Source: an uncultured virus (IMG/VR IMGVR_UViG_3300047548_000808) (taxonomy: Duplodnaviria > Heunggongvirae > Uroviricota > Caudoviricetes). From it: 64,000 nt of DNA. The notes under the pieces were generated by a model. The model did not search any database. It was not told the origin of the DNA and saw only the letters and a program-made list of their open reading frames with translations. A program made the translations under genes and the position numbers. The stretch lies in IMG/VR virus record IMGVR_UViG_3300047548_000808, one strand, 5' to 3'. Below are positions 56,674-64,000 of the stretch, one piece after another. Numbering within the stretch: the first letter of the stretch is position 1; each line of letters opens with the position of its first letter.

Positions 56674-59023
56674 AACACGACTATCAGCAGGATCTAACAT
56701 TCTACAGAAAACGTACTCTAGCAGTAGTGTTACAGCAAACGTACTACGTCCAAAATCAGGATCAAAGGAAACGGGCATTAATGCCTCTTTTCTTCCTTCA
56801 GCTAGTACTGGTGGCCCTGTATCAACTTCATACTTTGGTGGTCCTGGGTACACTACTCTACTGCAGGGCATAGTTCCGGATAAGAACCCAATGGCAATGA
56901 TCCCTTATTATAGGGATTGCTACTACACTGATGGTATTGCTGGTGCTACTGTAGACATGTCTAGCACCTTTCCTTTTAGTGATTTCTCGCTAACGGGTTT
57001 ACAGTCTGGTGAACTAGATGTATACAATGACTCTCTGTCTAGGCTGAACATGCGTTCACTGATGTCAGAAATAAGTGCTGCCTATCTAGTGGATGGAGCA
57101 TTTATAGGCACTCTTGTATTTGACCCGGCATCTAGATCGTTCCAGGATGTACTTGTACACGACACCGCAAACGCTCAGATATCTATGCAACCCCTGCATA
57201 GTCTGGATCCAGTAATTAAAGTAAATAGTGCTAATGCTTTAAACCAGTTTCTAGGAAGTGATAGTCCCTATGTAGAGTCAATGCTTAGTGCATATCCGCG
57301 TTCTATCATTGAAGCATATCTAGAAGGTAACGTAGCGCTAGATCCATTGTCTACGCTATTTGTTCCCCGTAGAGGACTACAAGATTCTACGCATACTTCT
57401 TACCTACATAGAGTAATGCCCTCTTACCTATTTGAAAAGGTAATGTATCGTGGCACGCTGATTGAAGCACACAAACGACAGAGGTCTACTACCCATATTA
57501 AGATGGGGGATGAGAACTGGATTCCATCTGACGAAGAACTAGCAATGACCCTAGGGGAGTTTCAAAGAACTGAAATGGATCCACTAGGGGCCTGGATTGC
57601 TACCCGCCAGGGTATTGACATCTCTGAGATAAGGAGTCCTTCAGACAGCTTCAAATGGACCGAAATCGTAGATACTATGGTTCCAATTAAGCTACGCGCT
57701 CTTGGAATTTCAGAAGCATTTTTATCCGGAGATGCCTGTCTAGCTGGCGATACGCTAGTACGTATGTGTAATGAATACGGTGAACTAGAGTCTGAAGTAT
57801 CTATATCAAGTTTAGGACCAACTGAATTTGAACCTAATAAGTTCTACGATGTATCGGATAAATATTGCGTATCTAGATATGGTGTAGGAAAGATTGTACG
57901 TTGGGCCTGCAACGGAGAAAGAACTACCTATATCATAAAGCATTCACTGGGTATCCTACGCGCTACTGATAATCATCGGGTTCTAGTATTTGATGGTTCT
58001 AGTCACACCTGGACCAGAGTTGATGCTCTTACCACTGGGCAGTATCTATGTGAAAAACAGTATGCGTCTAGTGCCTATCGTTATGCGCAGATTGGATCAA
58101 TAGAAGAATTCGGAAAAGAACTTGTATATGATCTTACTATGGAAGAGGGCACTGAACCAGCTTTCGTAGCTAATGGAATAGTAGTACATAATTCATATTC
58201 TACCGCAGAGTCAGCCGTAAATAGTTTCACGGATTCTATGCTGTCTTTCCGACAGTTTCTAACCTATAAGATCTTTCAATCAAGAATTTTTCCTCTTATC
58301 GCTGTACTTCATAATCTATATAAGGACAAGTCTAGAGCCTCCACCCTGGACGAGTCTATTGGAACTATTTACAAAAATCTTGGTAATATAAACAACCTGA
58401 AGATTCCTACTATTCAATGGCATAAGTCTCTGGAGGGTAAAGACTCAGAATCCCAGTTTGATATGCTTGAGCGCTTATCCGAGAAGGGGTTTGTTATTCC
58501 TCTACGCATGTGGGCCTCCAGTGCTGGTCTTGATATGTCGGCTTTGATGCGAGATTTAGCAGAAGATTCACAGATCAAGGCTGAGATGGAAAAAATGACG
58601 GGCAAGCGAGCAGAGACTATTGGTAATGAAGATAAAAAGGGCTTTGATGACAATGCTTTCCTAGCCGAAGACGAGTCTTCAGAAGCTGGTGGTGAAGCTC
58701 CAGAAGGAGAGCTTGGAGCTAGCATGATTGCTCGCAAAAAGTTCTTGGCTAGTCATTTGCGTCCTTCTACAGCTAGTTCAAGAATACCTATTCTAGCTAG
58801 AGATATGACCAACCTTGATTTGCCTAGAAACGCTAGACTATCAAAGAGTGGTGCTAACCTGCATGCTAACTACGGGGATCATCGCCAAGACAAGATAGCT
58901 AATGACAAAATTATTAAAGCTATTCGTGCTCTTAAAGATCCGGAACACGCTAAAAAGGTACGTGAGGCTAGACTAAAAGCGCGGGCCAGCGGTGTACGAC
59001 TTATTCCAGGAGGAATGATATAA
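56666..59023 (+). CDS. probable portal protein, intein-containing
   Basis: About 630 aa after intein removal; lies between terminase and protease; LRALGISEAFLSGDA-SYSTA portal-like segment. Confidence 0.65.
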   Translation: MIKTRLSAGSNILQKTYSSSSVTANVLRPKSGSKETGINASFLPSASTGGPVSTSYFGGPGYTTLLQGIVPDKNPMAMIPYYRDCYYTDGIAGATVDMSSTFPFSDFSLTGLQSGELDVYNDSLSRLNMRSLMSEISAAYLVDGAFIGTLVFDPASRSFQDVLVHDTANAQISMQPLHSLDPVIKVNSANALNQFLGSDSPYVESMLSAYPRSIIEAYLEGNVALDPLSTLFVPRRGLQDSTHTSYLHRVMPSYLFEKVMYRGTLIEAHKRQRSTTHIKMGDENWIPSDEELAMTLGEFQRTEMDPLGAWIATRQGIDISEIRSPSDSFKWTEIVDTMVPIKLRALGISEAFLSGDACLAGDTLVRMCNEYGELESEVSISSLGPTEFEPNKFYDVSDKYCVSRYGVGKIVRWACNGERTTYIIKHSLGILRATDNHRVLVFDGSSHTWTRVDALTTGQYLCEKQYASSAYRYAQIGSIEEFGKELVYDLTMEEGTEPAFVANGIVVHNSYSTAESAVNSFTDSMLSFRQFLTYKIFQSRIFPLIAVLHNLYKDKSRASTLDESIGTIYKNLGNINNLKIPTIQWHKSLEGKDSESQFDMLERLSEKGFVIPLRMWASSAGLDMSALMRDLAEDSQIKAEMEKMTGKRAETIGNEDKKGFDDNAFLAEDESSEAGGEAPEGELGASMIARKKFLASHLRPSTASSRIPILARDMTNLDLPRNARLSKSGANLHANYGDHRQDKIANDKIIKAIRALKDPEHAKKVREARLKARASGVRLIPGGMI
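57737..58192 (+). mobile_element. mini-intein (152 aa)
   Basis: CLAGDT start, ATDNHRV block B, VYDLTM...FVANGIVVHN before Ser; no endonuclease. Confidence 0.92.
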
Positions 59024-59604
59024 TGCCTTTACCTAAAGTAAAACGAACTGAGCAGCTAGACTTATCAAAACATCATAAACTATCTATTCCAACGGAAGGT
59101 TTTGGCGTAGTATATGAGATTCTGGATGGAAGAACTGTAGCTGCTATTACACGAGATATTCTTAATATAACTTCAGAACTGCCAGCTACTAAACGTCTTG
59201 TTGTATACTCTCCAAACGCTACTGAATTAAAAGCAGCTATTGGAGTTCTTGATGTAGACTTTAGTAATGGAGTGTTTGAACGCTGTGGAGCTTGGAAGGC
59301 TTACTATGTAGAGAAAGCCCCTAAGCCTCCGGCTGGAGTTAAGTTTGATTTTACACAGAAACTAGGAACGGATAAACTAGATAAGCCTGTTTTTACTGAT
59401 AGAAAATCTTATCCTAATATTGATAGAGTTGTGGACAGAATTATTCCTCTGTCTCAAGGACCAAATCAGCTAAAGAGTCCACCCAACCGTGCAGTGAATC
59501 CTTGGGCTCCTGCAATACAGCTATTTAGTAGTACACAAACTAGCATAGACACTACAGAGGAATACTTAATGAGCTTAGGAACAGATGATGGCAAAACTAA
59601 TTAA
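59023..59604 (+). CDS. hypothetical protein
   Basis: 193-aa ORF coupled to the portal gene. Confidence 0.7.
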   Translation: MPLPKVKRTEQLDLSKHHKLSIPTEGFGVVYEILDGRTVAAITRDILNITSELPATKRLVVYSPNATELKAAIGVLDVDFSNGVFERCGAWKAYYVEKAPKPPAGVKFDFTQKLGTDKLDKPVFTDRKSYPNIDRVVDRIIPLSQGPNQLKSPPNRAVNPWAPAIQLFSSTQTSIDTTEEYLMSLGTDDGKTN

Positions 59605-60286
59605 ATGCAACAGTACTCCAGTTATCCTAGAACCGGATAGTAGACAGCAAACAGAATATGGTATACCAAACGATTTTGAAAGCAAGCTACCATTTCTGTC
59701 AAAGAACTACCATCTAAGTGACAAGATATCTGACTATTTCCTAGTACCAGTTATTATGTTTCACTCCAATATAGCTAACCGTAATGGGTACATGTTCCCT
59801 ACGGAATCGCTAATTGAATGGAATAATGACAGGTTCTGTCTTGCGTATGAAAGTTGGAAGTATGCTCCACTACACGTAGAACATCGTAGTGAGGACATAA
59901 CAAAAGCTATCGGCGTTATTGCAGACGTTTCTATAAAGAAAGAACTAGGATACTCTGACGACTCTATCTATAAAGTAATAGCTCTCGCTGCCGTAGATAG
60001 AACTAAGGAAAAGAAACTGGCTGCGGATATTGAATCTGGGAAACGTAATAGCTGGTCCATGGGCTGTAACGCAACCCATATATTCTGTTCTTACTGCGGA
60101 GCTACTCAGGGACAATGTACTCACATAAACGATACTGATCCGGTCATCTTCTACCAGCTAAACGGAAAGATAGTATGTAGAGCTGCTTCAGGTCTATCCG
60201 GTATAGAACTTAGTAGTGTAGGGACTCCAGCGTTTGCTATGGCAGTTAATAATAAAGTTAAACCTTATGCAGAGGCTGAAAAATGA
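59585..60286 (+). CDS. putative prohead protease
   Basis: NRNGYMFP, HVEH, IGVIAD, WSMGC, CSYC insertion, ELSSVGTPA. Confidence 0.65.
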   Translation: MMAKLIKCNSTPVILEPDSRQQTEYGIPNDFESKLPFLSKNYHLSDKISDYFLVPVIMFHSNIANRNGYMFPTESLIEWNNDRFCLAYESWKYAPLHVEHRSEDITKAIGVIADVSIKKELGYSDDSIYKVIALAAVDRTKEKKLAADIESGKRNSWSMGCNATHIFCSYCGATQGQCTHINDTDPVIFYQLNGKIVCRAASGLSGIELSSVGTPAFAMAVNNKVKPYAEAEK

Positions 60287-60705
60287 TTAGTGCTCTTGAT
60301 AAAAAACTAGTGCTAGAATCGTTAGCTCTTAGTGTGGTTAGCGGTGTATATAAAGCTTCCAACATATCTAAGCCATCTCTTAATACGTATACTAAGGGCG
60401 TTCCTTTTGTATACGGATTTAAACCAGAGACTGCTCTGGTTTCAAAAGCTCAATACGAAAAATCTATTAAGGCTGTACCTCTCCAGAAGGTAGATCTTGA
60501 GATTCAGGAAATTTCTATAGGATCTACTCCAGGTTCCCTTAGGACCGTAGCCGAGTCTTATAAGCTTGTATCCGTATCCGTTCATCTGGTATCATCTACT
60601 GACTATCTACGCAAAAACGAAAAGGCAAAGGTAGAAAACTTCCTAGTAGAAATTATAGTATGCCCACAGGCGGGAATGCTTTCTGCTAGACTAAGTAAGG
60701 ATTAA
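60283..60705 (+). CDS. hypothetical protein
   Basis: 140-aa ORF with ATGA overlap. Confidence 0.65.
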   Translation: MISALDKKLVLESLALSVVSGVYKASNISKPSLNTYTKGVPFVYGFKPETALVSKAQYEKSIKAVPLQKVDLEIQEISIGSTPGSLRTVAESYKLVSVSVHLVSSTDYLRKNEKAKVENFLVEIIVCPQAGMLSARLSKD

Positions 60706-60707
60706 TT

Positions 60708-60995
60708 ATGTCACCACTACAGCTAGCACAAAAACTATCTAGTACAAAGCAAGATACGCTAGGCATACACAGTATAGCTATTACATCGTCATCTGATACA
60801 GGATGTGTATTCCTGGTTTCCTTTAATCCTGGTGTAAGCTCTGCAGTCTTTCTTACACGAGTAGCTGACCAGTTCCCTGAGTACAATGCTGCACTGTCCA
60901 AGGAAGAGTGCCTTACTGTTGATAACATAAGCATAACTCCTATATCATCAGCACCAGGAAGATGTTACTTTAGTGTATCCTACGTAGGTGCTTAA
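60708..60995 (+). CDS. hypothetical protein
   Basis: 95-aa ORF with AAGGA RBS. Confidence 0.6.
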   Translation: MSPLQLAQKLSSTKQDTLGIHSIAITSSSDTGCVFLVSFNPGVSSAVFLTRVADQFPEYNAALSKEECLTVDNISITPISSAPGRCYFSVSYVGA

Positions 60996-61037
60996 TACTG
61001 TTAATGGCTAGTAGTTCTAATCGGCTACTAGCCATTT

Positions 61038-63503
61038 TTGCATATAAGTATGACTACTTTTCAAGATATGTTTGATTCAGGTTTTGGAAATCTGAAAGAC
61101 TTCAGAATAGTGAAGGATGGATATAAACTATATCCAAAGGTGCATCCATCCTGGAAGACTGCTGACCGTAAACTTCTAGTTGTACTAGAGACTGTAGACC
61201 GTGTAGACATATTTGAGAACACCTTTCTATCTGAGTCCGTTGATCCAGATAGGGGTAACTATAAAAACTCTATGCGTAACATAATTCCAAAGATTATGGA
61301 CGCTGCCTGGAATCAGGTTAACGTATACAGAGGTAAGGAAGAGAATCCAGTTGAAAACCCGTTCTCTCTGGCTCTAGTTAATTTCAATGCTACGAAGACA
61401 AGAGATCTTGAAACTTCAGAACAGGCTTCGTACAATGTAATTTTTGCCAAACGCATACTAGCTTTGATAGAGAGGCTGAAGCCAACGCACATTTTATTCA
61501 GTGGTGCTACTGCGTACACTAGTACGCTAAAACTTATTGATCCATCGTTAGTTGTTTCGTATTCTGCAGTAAAACGTGGATGGGTTGAGCGAGTAAAGCA
61601 TAATGATCTAGAGTTTAAGGTAACACATACTCTTGACCTTGAGCCTTTATACAATCCTAATACCAAGAAGACAGAAGTATCAGATGACGAAGAAGACCTA
61701 GCAGATAAGTTTGCTCTAGCTGATCTTTTTTACTTTGTATCCAGGAACGTGGCTAACTTGCTAAACGGCAAGCACATGTATTCGGTGAAACGGGTAGAAA
61801 TTAAGCCAGTATATGTGGATACGATGGAAAAGGTTGATAAGCTTTTCGACCTTCTTCAGTCAAGCAAAACTATAGCATTAGACTGCGAAACTAACAATCT
61901 AGAAACGTATCATAATAAGATAAATGTTATTCAGTTCGCAGTAAGCAAAGACGTTGGATACGTACTTCCAATTCAGCACGTAAAATCGCCGTTCTCTTTA
62001 GAAGACCAAGAAATTATTCTAAAAAGACTGCGTAAGTTCATGTATGACTGGGATCCAAAAAATCGCAAGGATTTCATTGTACTAAATGGAAAGTTTGATT
62101 TCCGTGTTATACGCGGTTTGTTGAGCATACCAGTCATATACCACAGAATCTGGGAATTAAACTACGCAGAGTCCCTGATAGACGAAAATGTAAGTCTTCT
62201 GTCTAAGTCTAGTGCTAAGGTTCGTGCTGGAACTGACTACGTGCTTACCTCGTACCAAGGGCTACGTAATCTGTGCGTTCTATACGAAAACGACTTCTAC
62301 TATAAGGCCGTCCTATCCAAGGAAGAACGTAATACTCTAGGATCTATTGCGCCGGATGATCCTGAAGCTTTGCTGTACGAGGCCGCTGACGTACAACTAC
62401 CGTTTGCGATTGCAGAACAGCAGCAACTCCTAGCTAATAATATCAGGTATCGTCCTAGCTTTCAGTCTGAAGAACTAGTATCCTACGGGAAAGCTTTCAG
62501 GTTGAATCTGCTACACCAGATGAGTAATACCGTTCATGGTATTTCTACTATGGAGCAGAACGGTTCCCCATTAGACGTTAAGTACCTAAAAAGCTTGCTA
62601 GGTAAGGACTCTCCATTAAGAAAACAACTACGAGAGTATCGTGAAGAACTGGAAGCTACCCCTGCTGTACGCAAGGTAGAAGAGCTGATAGCTGGAGAGA
62701 GTGGAAGAAAAGTATCTGGTATTTTTGGTGGTAAGCTGGTACAGAAACTATTCAAGTTAAGTAAGAAAGATCACCAGGAGTATTTGTTCTTTGATGTTCT
62801 TGGACTAGAACCTGTACGGCTGACAAAAACAGGTAAGCGTGCAGTTGACAAAGCATTCATTGCCAACTACGAGCATGATCATCCAGAAGTAAAAATCTTT
62901 GGTTTATATTCCAAAGTATTCAAGATTCTATCTACCTATGTAGTTGGATGGAACAAGAAGATGGATAGCAGCCTTGATTCTGCTGCTGACTTCTGCCTAC
63001 GTGCGGCTTTTGGTATCGTTACAACCCGACGACTTTGTTCTTTCAATCCTAACCTACAGCAGATTCCTAGTCGTGGTCCGCTAGCCAAGATCGTTAAACG
63101 CGCATTCGCTGCACCTAAGGGTTTTCTGAATATTGCATATGACCTATCAGCTCATGAAGTGCGGATGTGGGCTAATCAAAGTGGGGATAATGCATTGGCT
63201 GGAGCGTTCCGTGCAGGACAGGAGCTTAGACAGAAATGGATATTAACTCCAACTGATGAAGTTAAAAAGGAACTTAAACAGAAGGGTGATATTCATATTC
63301 AAAACTACTATCGTTTCCATAAAGTATGGCTAGACCGGGCCACTCAGGGGGACGCACGCGACGGAGTCAAGAGAGTTGTATTTGGCGCTATCTACGGAAA
63401 GTCCGCAGCTACACTAGGTAAAGATCTGAAATTAGAAAAACTAGATAGCCTCTCAGCTAAGCGTCGAGAACTCATGAAACAAATTCGCGCTTTCAAAAGT
63501 TAA
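61038..63503 (+). CDS. polA: family A DNA polymerase, N-terminal part (UDG-like domain, 3'-5' exonuclease, motifs A and B)
   Basis: IALDCET, NGKFD, YEAADV exonuclease motifs; TRRLCSFNPNLQQIP; motif A YDLSAHEVR; motif B R..VK.VVFGAIYG; motif C absent; ATG alternative at 61050. Confidence 0.9.
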   Translation: MHISMTTFQDMFDSGFGNLKDFRIVKDGYKLYPKVHPSWKTADRKLLVVLETVDRVDIFENTFLSESVDPDRGNYKNSMRNIIPKIMDAAWNQVNVYRGKEENPVENPFSLALVNFNATKTRDLETSEQASYNVIFAKRILALIERLKPTHILFSGATAYTSTLKLIDPSLVVSYSAVKRGWVERVKHNDLEFKVTHTLDLEPLYNPNTKKTEVSDDEEDLADKFALADLFYFVSRNVANLLNGKHMYSVKRVEIKPVYVDTMEKVDKLFDLLQSSKTIALDCETNNLETYHNKINVIQFAVSKDVGYVLPIQHVKSPFSLEDQEIILKRLRKFMYDWDPKNRKDFIVLNGKFDFRVIRGLLSIPVIYHRIWELNYAESLIDENVSLLSKSSAKVRAGTDYVLTSYQGLRNLCVLYENDFYYKAVLSKEERNTLGSIAPDDPEALLYEAADVQLPFAIAEQQQLLANNIRYRPSFQSEELVSYGKAFRLNLLHQMSNTVHGISTMEQNGSPLDVKYLKSLLGKDSPLRKQLREYREELEATPAVRKVEELIAGESGRKVSGIFGGKLVQKLFKLSKKDHQEYLFFDVLGLEPVRLTKTGKRAVDKAFIANYEHDHPEVKIFGLYSKVFKILSTYVVGWNKKMDSSLDSAADFCLRAAFGIVTTRRLCSFNPNLQQIPSRGPLAKIVKRAFAAPKGFLNIAYDLSAHEVRMWANQSGDNALAGAFRAGQELRQKWILTPTDEVKKELKQKGDIHIQNYYRFHKVWLDRATQGDARDGVKRVVFGAIYGKSAATLGKDLKLEKLDSLSAKRRELMKQIRAFKS

Positions 63504-63527
63504 AAAGTGTGCTTTTATCTATCTGTT

Positions 63528-63564
63528 AAGGGTCTGTGTACGTTAGCTGTACACAGACCCTTTT
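63528..63564 (+). terminator. intrinsic terminator after the polymerase fragment
   Basis: AAGGGTCTGTGTAC/GTACACAGACCCTT followed by TT. Confidence 0.8.
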
Positions 63565-63584
63565 CCTACTTACCGGAGCCAAAA

Positions 63585-64000
63585 ATGAATACTTCTCTAA
63601 AGAACCTATTTACCATTCGTGATGGTCTTGTCCATATTTATGGGCAACCTATTAGTCGGCATGAAACCTATCCTTGGCTGTACTGTGCCAATGATATCCA
63701 TAGAGCACTAGTTAAGCGCGCAGTACGCATGGCAGAAAAGAGTGGAAAGGACGTAGAAAGAGCTAAAGCCAAAGCTATGAGGAGGCGTCCTGGAGATTGG
63801 ATTTCAGATAAAAACAAGACTCCTGCAATATGGGCTAAACATTTTAATAAAGCTGGTAAAACTGCTTTTAAAGAGTACACAGATTCAATGCCGGATGTAT
63901 CCGGCATTGAAAAACCAGAGTGTCCTAGGCTAGCAGCAATTCAAACCAAGATTGGTAGATATGGTGGTACATTCTTGTGTGAGCAGCTTATAACGGAGTA
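63585..64000 (+). CDS. KilA-N domain protein (runs off the window)
   Basis: Translated by hand: IYGQPISRHETYPWLYCANDIHRA...RRPGDWI...GRYGGTFLCEQL; paralogous to 14842 and 18600; GGAG RBS. Confidence 0.75.
   Translation, partial: MNTSLKNLFTIRDGLVHIYGQPISRHETYPWLYCANDIHRALVKRAVRMAEKSGKDVERAKAKAMRRRPGDWISDKNKTPAIWAKHFNKAGKTAFKEYTDSMPDVSGIEKPECPRLAAIQTKIGRYGGTFLCEQLITE

Noticed and set aside
63480..63600. Group I intron or split intein interrupting the polymerase
   Set aside because: No intein N-terminal block in the ORF end and no recognisable intron core; a terminator and an independent gene follow. Not fully excluded because the window ends
1..64000. Stop-codon reassignment
   Set aside because: Long conserved genes are intact in the standard code; TAA, TGA and TAG all end genes at sensible positions; no suppressor tRNA seen

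Overview
A 64-kb segment of a large, probably jumbo, lytic dsDNA tailed phage. It is densely coding, almost all on the + strand, with one short minus-strand block at about 21.6-23.5 kb. It encodes TilS and a Zn-deaminase, type II topoisomerase subunits (the GyrB/ParE-like one carries an HNH intein), a tRNA cluster with a free-standing HNH endonuclease, histone-like proteins, three KilA-N paralogues, a probable sigma factor and RuvC. It also encodes holin/spanin genes, a 2075-aa SNF2-like helicase, thyA-folA, a clamp/UvsW/DnaB replication block, terminase (LAGLIDADG intein), probable portal (mini-intein), prohead protease and a family A DNA polymerase that stops before motif C. The proteobacterial-type thyA and the spanins suggest a Gram-negative host (inference). 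The most unusual signals are: (i) a tRNA-Arg body with no CCA, locked in a perfect 21-bp stem next to a second structured RNA that can refold with it; (ii) a triplicated sigma70 promoter that drives stripped-down antitoxin-like fragments (YefM C-terminus, Zn-ribbon) and KilA-N genes; (iii) tRNAs with C where U is expected, in a genome that also encodes a TilS plus deaminase pair; (iv) a stand-alone degenerate Hint domain; (v) a split DNA polymerase. All protein calls come from motif recognition by eye; no database search was run.
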